Source: Octopus vulgaris
Taxonomy: Eukaryota
Assembly: GCA_951406725.2 (NCBI GenBank)
Contig: OX597820.1
Coordinates: 98,518,001 to 98,582,000, forward strand
Length of the DNA: 64,000 nt
Direction of reading: 5' to 3'
Shown here: in pieces, positions 37,670 through 50,429 of the stretch
Layout: each line of letters opens with the position of its first letter
How positions within the stretch are numbered: the first letter of the stretch is position 1
Translations under genes and position numbers: made by a program
The notes under the pieces: model-generated
Seen by the model: the letters and a program-made list of their open reading frames with translations, nothing else
Databases searched by the model: none
What the model was told of the DNA's origin: nothing

Positions 37670-40015
37670 ATGAACCGGATTTATCCAACAACATTACCCT
37701 TCAACAAAAGAGTCTACATCCCTAGACATAATAATGACCACATGGAAGCACAGTTCACTATAGCTAGGACCAAACTTAGACAGATTTTAGGATTATACAC
37801 TAAGAGACAGAGACAGAATAAGACAGAGGCACAACAACTCGGGATTAAACCTGCATGTGGCCTACATAAGCTCATTCAGCGCACGAGGAACGGAGAGGTG
37901 GTGTGCCTTCCCACAGATAAGTCCGGCAGGATGTCAATAGACAGCTTACCGAACTACATCCAGGCAATGCAACCTCATATCGCCAAAACAAAGATAACAA
38001 CTGTACAGGCACATGAGGAGAGAGAAATGGTCCTCAACGCCCACATGATGATGTGGACAATTGTTCTGGGACCCCAGAAACGTACAGGAAATAATTTCCA
38101 AGCCTGGAACAATGATATCCCGGCACTGTATGGACTTCGCAAGGACCATAAAATAATTACTGACCCTATAGCAGGACCACCAACAAGACCAGTCTGTGGA
38201 GCGAATATCGCTAGCAATTACAGAATCTCCTACTTCCTCTCAATGATCATACGCCCTATAATCCGGATGTCACCTGATGTTTGTGACAGCACAGAAGATC
38301 TCCTCAGCAGGATCGATGACTGTAACAGCACTTGTGACCTGACAGGATGTATGGTGGGTAGCATGGATGTGGTATCCCTATACCCATCGATCGACGTAGA
38401 TTTTGCGGTGGAGAAGTGCGTGGAGATGATCAATGAGAGTCAGGTGGAGTTCTGTAATGTGAACACAGAAGAACTGGGCCTCCTACTTAGACTGACATGT
38501 AATACTGAATACTTAGATAAACATAATCTTAGTAGTTTCTGCCCCAGTAGATGTTTAAGAGGTAGACCGCCCACCATTACTTCTATGGCTAGGAAGACAC
38601 ATATAGAAAGATGGCGCGGATGGACCAGAGCCATACGGAGCCCCGCAAATGTCTATCAGATAAAGAAAATGATCGCACATGCACTAGGAGCTAGTATAAG
38701 AATTACCCTAAAAGGCCACACGTTTAAGTTTAATAATAAAATATATGCCCAGGACGAGGGGGCAGCCATCGGCGTTAGTATCGCTGGTGATGTGGCCAAC
38801 CTTTTCATGGTATGGTGGGGCAGAAGGCTTAAAGAACGCCTAACACAGAACTCCATACTCGTAAACATGTACTCTCGCTATGTTGATGATATCAACATAG
38901 TGGTAAAGGCACCCCCACAAGAGAGTAATGTTGATATAGTAATAGAAACTAATACTATGGAGAGCATCCAGCAAATAGCTAACTCCATCCACCAGAGTAT
39001 TAAGGTCACAATAGACTACCCCACTAAACACCCCAACCATAGACTACCAGTACTAGACACCGAACTCTGGCTAGAAATTGTGAATAATAAAACCCAAATC
39101 CTTCATTCATACTATGCCAAACCTATGGCCTCAAAATACTTGATCCACCGGAACTCAGCCATTGAGGACAATGCCAAATTCAATATTTTGATGGCAGACC
39201 TCGTCAGAATAATGAGAAATGTGCCATGCATGTGCGAGCCCACAGAGTTAAAGAGACACATACAATATTTCATTCACCGCATGCAGTTCTCAGGTTACAG
39301 CTATAAAGAAAGGATCAGGGTATACAAAGGAGCCATTAAGAAATTTGATAATATATTATGTAATGATAGGAATGATATTTGCCCACTCTATAGGAACAAG
39401 TCATGGAACACTATAGAAAGGACAAAAAAGAAAATAGGGAAGGCCAACTCTTGGTATGATAGCCATAAATACCAGAGTGTCATGTTCGTTGACACCACCC
39501 CTGGAGATGAACTGGCGTATCGCTTTAGAAGGACCCTAGACAAACTTAAGCTAAGAATTAAGGTTGTTGAAAAACCAGGCAACCCTATCAAATCTATAAT
39601 TGGTAGAACCTATCCTTTTAGTAGAACCCCCTGTACAGATAGGTACTGTACTGTATGTAGATTTAGCCCACAAACAAACTGTAAAGCCAGAAATGTAGTC
39701 TATAGTATAAGATGTATAGAGGGACGATGCAGTAACAAGACAACGACATATGTAGGGGAAACGGCAAGAAGCATAGGAGAGCGGGTAAATGAGCATTGGA
39801 GACAACTCAAGGAAGGTAATAGCTCATCGATTCTGTACCAACACGCCGAACAAGAACACGGGGGATCAATCAATAACATAGAAATTAAAATATTATCCAC
39901 ACATAGATCAGATGCAACAATTAGACAAATTACAGAAGCTACACACATAATAGAAAATAAACCTAGCCTGAATAGAAAACTAGAATGGAGCACTAACACA
40001 CACCACAACATATGA
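37670..40015 (+). CDS. PLE2 reverse transcriptase + C-terminal GIY-YIG endonuclease, 781 aa, uninterrupted (possibly N-terminally truncated by the inversion)
   Basis: Motifs CLPTDKSGR, LYGLRKDHK, PTRPVCGA, SMDVVSLYPSI, QDEGAAIG...ANLFM, YSRYVDDI, LPVLDTEL, CxxxxCxxC linker, VVYSIRC...YVGETARSIGERVNEH and RQITEA...PSLNRKLEW. Confidence 0.92.
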   Translation: MNRIYPTTLPFNKRVYIPRHNNDHMEAQFTIARTKLRQILGLYTKRQRQNKTEAQQLGIKPACGLHKLIQRTRNGEVVCLPTDKSGRMSIDSLPNYIQAMQPHIAKTKITTVQAHEEREMVLNAHMMMWTIVLGPQKRTGNNFQAWNNDIPALYGLRKDHKIITDPIAGPPTRPVCGANIASNYRISYFLSMIIRPIIRMSPDVCDSTEDLLSRIDDCNSTCDLTGCMVGSMDVVSLYPSIDVDFAVEKCVEMINESQVEFCNVNTEELGLLLRLTCNTEYLDKHNLSSFCPSRCLRGRPPTITSMARKTHIERWRGWTRAIRSPANVYQIKKMIAHALGASIRITLKGHTFKFNNKIYAQDEGAAIGVSIAGDVANLFMVWWGRRLKERLTQNSILVNMYSRYVDDINIVVKAPPQESNVDIVIETNTMESIQQIANSIHQSIKVTIDYPTKHPNHRLPVLDTELWLEIVNNKTQILHSYYAKPMASKYLIHRNSAIEDNAKFNILMADLVRIMRNVPCMCEPTELKRHIQYFIHRMQFSGYSYKERIRVYKGAIKKFDNILCNDRNDICPLYRNKSWNTIERTKKKIGKANSWYDSHKYQSVMFVDTTPGDELAYRFRRTLDKLKLRIKVVEKPGNPIKSIIGRTYPFSRTPCTDRYCTVCRFSPQTNCKARNVVYSIRCIEGRCSNKTTTYVGETARSIGERVNEHWRQLKEGNSSSILYQHAEQEHGGSINNIEIKILSTHRSDATIRQITEATHIIENKPSLNRKLEWSTNTHHNI

Positions 40016-40119
40016 CGATAGAGGGTCCTGAAAACATAATAAATACACAGATAAATAAATAAATAACTATATATATATGTGTGTGTATATGTTTATATAT
40101 ATATGTGTATATGTATATG

Positions 40120-40150
<31 letters not shown>

Positions 40151-40540
40151 TTTTTTTCGATTCAATTTATTATTATTATTACTAGTATTGTTGTTATACA
40201 TACATACATACATACATACAAGCATATGTAATGATAATAATGGGTGGATGTAAACACATGAACAAAATAAGAATAAACAAAAACAACAAAAACAAAAACA
40301 AAAACAAAAAACGAAAAACAAAATACAAAATACAAATTACATGAACATATAAAATTACAAATTACATGAACATATATAAACAGAAGATACAAATATTACA
40401 GGCATCCCCCACATACACACACTAAATAAACATAAACGCACATAGAGATATAAGCATGCGCAAATGAAGACATACAATAGAAATACAAAATGGCTGACGG
40501 TTAGTAAGGAGAGACACAAATAAGTAAGAAGAAAACAAAG

Positions 40541-40584
40541 GACCACTGATGCGGTCACAGGAGTGTGACGAAAGAACTCTGGCC
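40541..40584 (+). ncRNA. Hammerhead-like motif in the PLE2 pseudo-LTR (core CUGAUGC); inverted copy at 37349-37392
   Basis: GACCA-CTGATGC-G-GTCACA-GGAG-TGTGAC-GAAA-GAAC-TC-TGGCC. Perfect 6-bp helix II; helix I pairs 4/5. Confidence 0.6.
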
Positions 40585-40783
40585 GAAATACGATTAAGAT
40601 TAATGTAAAAAATAAATAACACTGAAGCAAAGTAACACCAAATATATAGTGCGTGTGTTTTTATTGGCTAAACTGGCAAAATGACCATTCTGAAATATAA
40701 CAATATCTGTTTCAACACACGACTTCACATAAAAAATCTTGCACAACAAATATTTAAACGTATATATATATATATATATATAT

Positions 40784-40856
<73 letters not shown>

Positions 40857-40881
40857 GACAAACAGACAGATAGGCAGACAT

Positions 40882-40914
<33 letters not shown>

Positions 40915-40964
40915 TAGAAAGAGAGAGAGAAAGGGAGAGAGAGTTACATACATACCTATACACA

Positions 40965-41207
40965 AAACTAATCACATAAATGCAAGACAAGGTGAAAAAA
41001 TAGTGCTCGAATACCGAAATAATATGCTTTTATTAAAACTAACAAAGTCTTCACGAACTGTTACTCAGAGTTTTACGTTACCGTTTGTTGGGCCGTTGTG
41101 ATCTTACTCACAACATGATCACAACTGTCCGACAAACGGTAACGTGAAACACTGATTAACAGTTTCTGATGATTTTCTCTTTTTTTTTTTCAGCTTTAAC
41201 AAAAGTA
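40965..41207 (-). mobile_element. Older fold-back copy of the CCGACGA-hammerhead element family
   Basis: Homologous to 42828-43055 and 24180-24297. Inverted arms contain AACTGT-CCGACAA-ACG-GTAA-CGT-GAAA. Confidence 0.7.
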
Positions 41208-42515
41208 TATATATACACACATATATATATATATATATACATATGTATGTATGTATGTATATGCATGTATATTATTTGTATGTATGTATGTACGTATGTA
41301 TGTATGTATGTATGTATGTATGTATGCATGTATGTATGCATGTATGTATGTATGTATGTATGTATGTATGTATGTGTTTATGTGTGTGTGTATGTGCACA
41401 TGTATACATATATAGATTCGTACAGATGGATGCATGTATACAAAGACAGAGATACACTCTCGCATATGCCATTGTATATATATCTGCGATTATATACTGT
41501 GTAGTGAGTGCGTGTGTGTGTATGCACATTTGTGAGCGTTTTTGAAGGAGACATTTATTTATATACAATTATATTCATAATGGTGTATATATTACTGTGC
41601 GTGCACGCACACGCACACGCATGTATGTGTGTGTGTGTGTATTTGTATTCGTCCGTGCACGTAAGCACAAGTATGTAACTCATATGTAGTGTCTATACGG
41701 CTGTGTGAGATAACGCTTGTTAACCACGATTCTTGAACTTGATGACTTCCGGTTGCACTGTCACATGGGAAAAAATATGTGATACTCGATCCGAATTTTC
41801 ATTAAGCAAAAGAAGCGAGAAATAAACATATTAGAACATGTCTTTTAACGAAGCAACTGTTTATGTTCTTCAGCTCAAGAATTCGCTTTGATTTTCTCAT
41901 CCCAATGAGAGAAAAAGACAGACGCTAGTCCTCCCATCACCATAAACACAGACGCAGATTTTTACCTCAAAATTCATTTCTGTACATCTTTTCCTATTAC
42001 TCTTGTGACGTCTTCCTGTCTTACTTTGCTGGAGATTTAATTTTTAATGAATTTTTCTGTCATTTGTTTTTTCAATTGATTTGTTTTTTTTATTTTTATG
42101 TTTGTCCTGTATCGCTTTTTCTCTTCATTCACCGAAACATATATATTTTCTTTTCAGTGTATGTAATATTTAATGATATCTTTTTTTAGAAATTGTATTT
42201 ATACTCTTCACTGTCATTTCAGAAAGAACCTTTTTTCTTAATCTTTTGTTTTTGTATCCACACATTGCATTATCTTCGTTTGTCTATCGTTTCCTTTCTA
42301 CCAACCTACACACACACACACACACACACGCACACATGCATATATGTATACACAATATATATGTATATACATCCAATATACAAGACAAAAATTTGCAACA
42401 TCGTCCACCTGATTGGAACGTTTGCTACAAATTCGATCGCAATTTTTACCGTCCAACCCAAACTAGAAAAACTTGGACCTGCGTAGCTAAGACTTGGGTT
42501 TCTGATGGGAGTGAG

Positions 42516-42558
<43 letters not shown>

Positions 42559-42796
42559 TGTGTATAAAGGTACGAGGGTGTACTGTAAAGTTACTGGCTT
42601 TGAGTAAAAAAAAAATACAGTAGGAAGAGTTTATTATGATTTTATTCAATATATTCCCCTCTCAGATTCGCACACTTGTTACAGCCGTCCTTCAGTTTTT
42701 CTAAGCCTTGTAAAAGAACTTGGAAGAGTGGGCCTCCAACCAGGTCTTTCGCGACACCCTTACAGCGAGGAAATTTTCGGCACCCCTTCATATAAT

Positions 42797-42827
<31 letters not shown>

Positions 42828-43053
42828 CTTTATTAAAAAGCAGCAAAAATATCACAAAAACTGTTACTCAGAGTTTCACGTTCCCGTTCGTCGGACAGTT
42901 TTGTTTAGAAATTGCCCGACGAACGGGAACGTGAAACTCTGAGTAACAGTTTTTGTGATATTTTTGCTGCTTTTTGATAAAGCATATTACTCTACCTCTG
43001 ATATTCGAGTACTATTTTCCTTCACCTCGTTCGCATTTATGTGCTTACTCTAG

Positions 43054-43055
<2 letters not shown>
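42828..43055 (+). mobile_element. Short fold-back non-autonomous PLE-like element with two back-to-back hammerheads, ending in (TA)n
   Basis: Arms ~42828-42895 and ~42915-42982 are near-perfect reverse complements, followed by a ~70-bp unique tail and (TA)n. Confidence 0.75.
42858..42901 (-). ncRNA. Minimal type-I hammerhead (core CCGACGA); mirror copy at 42912-42950 (+)
   Basis: AAACTGT-CCGACGA-ACG-GGAA-CGT-GAAA-CTCTGAG-TA-ACAGTTT. 7-bp helix I, 3-bp helix II with GNRA loop, GUA cleavage triplet. Confidence 0.8.
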
Positions 43056-43115
<60 letters not shown>

Positions 43116-43278
43116 ATTTGTCACATCAAAGTGGCAGGTGAATGTTACTACTAGTTTAACCCCAGGCAGATTCGCTGCCAGGATGGTTTTCGATGCAACG
43201 TTCTGCATCTTTATATACAATGCATCGTTAGCAGGTGGAGCGTATCCCTACTAACACTCTATTAGCTCACAGGAACGT

Positions 43279-43319
43279 GGGCCTGGCCCAGTTTCGAGCT
43301 AGTTGGCTCTTCGTCAGCC
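43279..43319 (-). ncRNA. Hammerhead motif (core CUGACGA) with a mutated cleavage triplet, in a probable PLE 3' fragment (~43093-43400)
   Basis: GG-CTGACGA-A-GAGC-CAACTA-GCTC-GAAA-CTGG-G-CCAG-GC-CC; position 16.1 is G instead of U. Confidence 0.6.
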
Positions 43320-44679
43320 TCGCGCACCTGCGCAAAAGAGTGATAGCGGAAATCCGCTTCTATTAGGAATATATTATAAACTAAGTGACCATCGGTCACT
43401 GATTTACAACAAGCAAAGTAGCTGTTCCTTTATCTCCCCCTTGATCTCTGATATCATCTAACAAATGTCACCAAGATAGCTTTACTCTGCTAGAAATAGC
43501 AGCCCAGATGCTTTTAAATAAGACCCCAATGCTGGATATTCAAGAGCCAAATGAAGGGTAGATTTTCGATCCTGAGATTACACTGATTCTTAAAACGTAG
43601 AATATGTCTATGTAGAGCAAATATAAACTGCGATTCAGGGGTCCCAGATGGACAGACAGAATTTCACTTTTATTATTATAGACGTAACTGAATGATATAT
43701 TTTCTTCTATCTTTGTCTAAAAAATGATGTATTGTTGAAGTAATACTGATTAAACATTTATTTTTGTCATATTAGTGTAGTCTTTATGGTGTGCTACCGT
43801 TTAGTGAAGCTGACTTCTGGTTCATATACTATCACTTCTGTATTGTGCATAACGGGTCATGTTGGCATGCACTGGTGTTTCTACAGAAGGACCTAGTTTC
43901 TGTTAACTTTGTTGACTTGGTGTGTTATAATGTTTTTCATGTTGTGGATACAGCTGTAGTTCGCTTTTAGATAGTTTTTTGTTAAATCTTAAGTTTTCTG
44001 ATGTAGTTGGTCAACTAGGAAATGCTCATTTGTCAGGCTGAGGAAATATCTAAGATAAAATGACTTAGATATTAAGAGAAAAATATAATTTTAGCCTGAT
44101 GGTATATATGATCTATTCTTAATACTAGAAGGCGGGTTAGGGTATTTATAATCATATCTTTCGACATCGTAATAAAGGCTCATCTCCTCCACTCGTTAGG
44201 CTCACGTGATTCGGTCAGTTTTTGTTTGAGTAGTGTCCGAGCAAAACTGAGACTGATTTAAGGTAACAGGAAGGTTAACAGTTACAGTCAAAGGGAGACG
44301 AAAGGCAAAATGGCGTTGTGCGCGAATTAGGCGACATAGACGTAAAGTTTAATGTTCCTTCTAGATGCTTCTACGGCTTTTAAACAGCTTGCCAAATTCA
44401 ATGAACTTAGCAGGAACATAACTTAACACACATAACTGCGACTCAGGAAACATTTAATTGCTCATAACACAGTAAACATAGCACTCGGTAACAACTGATG
44501 CCTAATATTTCGCTGTTATTTGCTCTGTAAACAATTTTGCACAATAATTTTACTAACACGCATCACTGCTTTACTGACTGATAACTACAGTATATCACTT
44601 TCACAAATATATTTCCTATAAAGATATTACTTTTAGTTGACAGTTGAAATGATATATATACATATGTATATATACATAC

Positions 44680-44732
<53 letters not shown>

Positions 44733-44958
44733 TGCAGATGTATGTATGTATGTAAGGTATGTATAAACTTTTCCGTTTAGGCATCATCTTAACCTCTCAC
44801 TATCTCCCTACCTCTATCAGATTAGTCATGAATTTGATAATGTATTTCTGCATAAAGTATGTATGTGTACAATGTGTGAATATATATTATTAATGGATAC
44901 ATGCATATATATATATTTATATAGATGTATGTGAGTGTGTGTGTAGATAGATAGATAG

Positions 44959-45016
<58 letters not shown>

Positions 45017-45302
45017 AATGTATATAATTAATATATGCGTGTGTATGTGTGTACGTGCGTCTCTGTGTGTGTGTGTTTGTGCGTGTGTGTATGTGTGTGT
45101 GTATGTGTGTGTGTACAAGAGTGAAATCAATTTTCATTTTTATTTCACGGATCTTTATTTTTTTTTACACACAAATCGAGAGGACCCCTGGGGTGTCAGT
45201 GTACTCTCTGTTTGCGGAACACTGCTCCTGAAATAACCCTATATTGTATATTTAAAGTAAACCATAAATATGATATACATACATCCATATAGAAACAAAT
45301 AT

Positions 45303-45408
<106 letters not shown>

Positions 45409-45755
45409 ATACATATATTTATATATACACACATATATATATACATACATATATATATATATATATTTGTATATATATATACATACACACTGTAAGAATA
45501 TAGGTTGAGTTTTAAAATATTTTTCTGAATGATTTAACACATCATGAACCAAAGGCACGTTCAAAACTTAAGAAACGATTGTTGCATGCAGGATTCATTT
45601 TTCGTATACATTGCACAGATCTAAATGATTATTCGTATAACGTACTTGGAGTATATATGTGTGTATAAAAATATGAATAGGTGTATATCCACTACAGCTG
45701 ATTCCAACGATTTTTTTAATTGATTAATGAGTACATTATATCTTAAAAAACCTGA

Positions 45756-45796
<41 letters not shown>

Positions 45797-45808
45797 TATA
45801 TTATATAC

Positions 45809-45854
<46 letters not shown>

Positions 45855-45870
45855 TCTATATATATATTAT

Positions 45871-45928
<58 letters not shown>

Positions 45929-45958
45929 CATATATATATTATATACATATATATATAT

Positions 45959-46014
<56 letters not shown>

Positions 46015-46087
46015 TTTTATCCTTTTATTTGTGTCAGTCATATGAATGCGGCCATGCTGGATCACCGCCTTTGTATATACATATACA

Positions 46088-46118
<31 letters not shown>

Positions 46119-46199
46119 TTTGAGATTTTGAGGTGTGTGCTTATGTCTATGCGTATATGCGTGTTCATGTGTGTGTAGGGAGGGGTGCTACTGATTTTC

Positions 46200-46238
<39 letters not shown>

Positions 46239-47014
46239 GTGTGTTTGTGTGCGTGTGTGTGTGTTACGAAAACAGGGATAAAGATTAATAATGCCCCGCA
46301 CGTGCCTATATTTTTTCAGTTACAGTTTATGTTCCATTATTGTCAACTGATCTGATGATGAGAATTTTACGATGAATTAAACGTAATAAGATACAAGCCT
46401 TAGATTCAGAGGTATTTTATCATGATTGATCAAAAATATGCTAACGTTTCAAATATTCAGCAAAACTATGTTGGATATCCTGTGGTTTCGAGACATATTG
46501 CGCATTTATTTGATTGATTACTCTATTAATAAGGGGTATAGGTTTTTAACACGCTTGTATGCATACATATATATACGCACGTAATACATATAGGTAAATA
46601 CTCATACATACACTTTCAAACAAGCACGTTCACTTACATATATATATAAACAAATATACGTATACTCACACATATGCACACATAAGCACACATTCATACA
46701 TACATACATACATACATACATACATACATACATACACACACACAAAGATGAACGCGATCACACATACACACACATACAGGTGTGTGTTTGTGCGTGTGTT
46801 CTTGCCACGGTCATTGAATTTTCGAAGCTGTTTGAGAGCCGAAAATTATACTTAGGTAATTTAGTATTTTCATTTATTTTGAAAACTTTTTACCCTTCTC
46901 TTACACACACTTAGCTAAAGAAGAACCCGAAGCCTTATATTCTCTCCCTTTTATGACATTAAAACTTATTAAACATTTCTATGAACTGCTCTTACTTAGG
47001 TCATCACCTGTTTC

Positions 47015-47107
<93 letters not shown>

Positions 47108-47122
47108 GTATATAGATTTATG

Positions 47123-47195
<73 letters not shown>

Positions 47196-47206
47196 GTATA
47201 TAGATT

Positions 47207-47266
<60 letters not shown>

Positions 47267-47269
<3 letters not shown>

Positions 47270-48427
47270 GGTATGTCGTCAGCTTTTGGAGGGCACCATT
47301 TTCAAGAGGTCTAACTTTCGCCTAACTTTTGGGGTTTTGTTATTTTCAGATATTTATTGTCAAACTTCAGGCTGACTCAGCAAATGCAAAAGCACTTTGA
47401 AATCGTTTGTAGAAAGTTTGAAAAATCCGACATCATCTGGTAAACACAAAGCGCAAAGCGCAAAATGCATGCACAATATCCTAATACCATAAGAAAATAT
47501 AACTTTGTACATAAAGTCCAAGAAGTAATCGATAAAAGCACCGGAAAGTCAATCAGAGCTATTGCAAATGACCTCAACATTTCTGAATACACTACCACAA
47601 GAGTTGTGCATGGTGAAATCCAGTGCAAGTCAGTTGTAACAAGAGAGAATCATTCGATCTGCACAATGCGTCTGCTAAACAAGTTAAAACACCAAGAAGT
47701 TGGAACGCTTAGGTTTTTCTGAGAAAAAAATCGATCAGGATTTAAATATAAAGCGAAGGAAAGACAGGTGGTTATGTAGAGACTCGAATGAGTTCCCAAT
47801 GATCATGCATATTAATTTCCAAGCATCTCTGATTGTTCTGTGATTCGTCAGTAACTGAGATGTCATCCCTCCTCACTTCTTTTGACAAGACGTAAGAGTC
47901 AATACCGCTGTCTAGACAGAGGTGTCGGAGAAGGTTTTGAGACCCTGGGTAGGCAGAGTACGCAACGGAAGACTGGACGTTTTTTAACAAGGCCTTGCGC
48001 CATTTCATACGGCTGACAACTCAGGCGTGGATGCATGTCGATCACTATGGTCATATTCTCTCCGATGCATGGCCTCCTAACTCACCAGAACTTAATTCAC
48101 TGGACTATTACGTATGGCGTGAAGTTGAGAGAGAAGTCAATGAAAATCGACATAATACCTAACCCTAACCCTAACCTATTTCTCCAGTCCGCGATAACCA
48201 TCACTATGTCCAAAATTGATAAAGATCGTCTGAATTGGGTATATCAATGCTTCAGGCCCAATACAGAAGCAGCTATTGATGCTAACGGTGGATTTATTGA
48301 ATAGGTGTGATAAAAAGATTATCAAGATTATTTGGACACATTTGTTTTCAAATACAGCTTTTCTTTGATGAGCTATACATCATTTTCTAAATTCATAGTA
48401 CTGACCACAAAACCTGACGCACCCTTC
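47267..48427 (+). mobile_element. Decayed maT/DD37D-like transposon
   Basis: Degenerate TIRs. Remnants KSIRAIANDLNISE, WPPNSPELNSLDYYVWREVEREVNE and TEAAIDANGGFIE, related to 4703-5945. Confidence 0.75.
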
Positions 48428-49960
48428 ACATATATACTTATATAAACATATATATATATATAATACAAAATGGGACAAGAAAGCAAAACTACCGGACAAC
48501 TAGGTGATACAAAATGGGACAACAATACATCCAGATAGACGATACAAAAAAGCAAGGACGGGTCATTCGAAGCTTTCTATCTTCAGTCAAGAACCGGATC
48601 ATCCTCCAAAATTTCGGCTGATTAATCTTGAGATTCCTCAATCTGACCGGCCCCAGAGCACGCGTGTATAGAAAGTATGTATGTATTCATATAAATACAC
48701 CACCAAGAAAGATTTTTCAGACTGATTCTGTCTAACGATAGACTTTTACATGCTTTTCCTTAGTATGAAGATTGCTCGAGAATTGCTATCTATTTCTGCT
48801 TATATAAGGCTAATCTGCTACTTATAGTGTTCCGACTGATGAGATGAGAAAATTAGTATCAATCTTCTACATACTCCCGGATTTAATAGCGTGTTTACAA
48901 TTTCTGTTAGCAGCGACGGACCGAAGACCCGTCTAGCAGGGAATAGATACGCCACAGAAACCGACAAAGCGACCTTATTCGCCTATATCCTGGTAAGAGC
49001 CTTTCATCAATTTTTTATGTATATATATTTATATGCTTATATGTATATATGCGTATGTATTTGTATATGTATATTAAGTTATATGTATCGAAACACACAC
49101 ACACAGAAGCTAATGCACACACATACACACACAAACACACACACATAACACCACATCTATATTTAGATAGATAGATATATCAATAATTTCCTTAGAAAAT
49201 AGTCGTCCACAGAGTAAATTGCATTTAAAAGGCAGTATCAGAGAAAGGTGGCAGTAAAAGTATGAAAGAGAAATACTAGAATATCATATTATGCAATAGT
49301 TTTTCATAATATAGCAAAGATGGGATTCATAGATTTTTGTTAGTCCGAGAGAGAAACAGAGAAATGTTTAGAATGTGAGGATTGTGAGAGCTGATCATTT
49401 ACGCTTATTTGAAAACAGCTGTTTATATATTTACATCAAGACTTGCTGTTGACCCTAGAGGTTTTAATGGCGGGCTGTTATTTTAGCTCAGTGATGTTAG
49501 TTTGACATGACAAGTGTTCAGTTCGTATGCGTAGTTATCGAATTAACGTTTTTTGATTGTCACTGCACACATATGTGTTTCAAATTTTCTATACGTCTGC
49601 ATATATACATACACATACACACACACACGCACACACACACACATATGCATATATATATATATATATTTATATATATACACATAAATATCAAACATGTACA
49701 TATATGTGTGAGTGTGCGTGGGGATGTGAGTATACGCATATAATATTATATCCCTGTACACGATATATTATACATATACGTATACATATGCATATGTTTG
49801 GATGTGATTGCGTCTGTGCATGTATAATATACGTAAGTAAATATTTAAATATATATATATACATATGTATATACATATATATATACATATATACATATAT
49901 ATACATGTATATACATATACATACATATATACATATATATACATATATATAAATATATAT

Positions 49961-50025
<65 letters not shown>

Positions 50026-50041
50026 TATATGTATGTATGTG

Positions 50042-50099
<58 letters not shown>

Positions 50100-50429
50100 G
50101 TGTATTTAGGTGTTTATACATGTTTATACGTAAGTGTCTTTGTGTGTATATGTGTATGGTGAAAGCTTTATAATTTTAGAATATCCAATATTTTTTGTCG
50201 GAAAATCTTAAATATCCTCTATACTAAATAAAAAAATATATTTTATATTTTGATTACGATCTAAATGATGTGTATTATCGTAATACCAATATCTGCAGAT
50301 ATTCATATACTGCTATCTACTTCTTATGGATTTGGTCGGTGGATGTCGGAGAAGTGTCATGAGCGCATTACATTCGCCAGCGAGTGAATTAGAGATGCTT
50401 TAGTGCATATATATACATTGACTCATGCA

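Larger units (their letters stand above)
37228..40705 (+). mobile_element. Penelope-like retroelement (divergent clade) with inverted pseudo-LTRs
   Basis: RT+GIY-YIG ORF. 37228-37665 is a near-identical inverted copy of the 3' end 40268-40705. Left end abuts (TA)n. Confidence 0.93.

Noticed and set aside
42572-42792. Mariner-like terminal fragment starting TACGAGGG
   Set aside because: TIR match and coding remnants too weak to call.
48157-48177. (CCCTAA)-type telomeric repeat inside the maT-like element
   Set aside because: Only about three units; too short to interpret.
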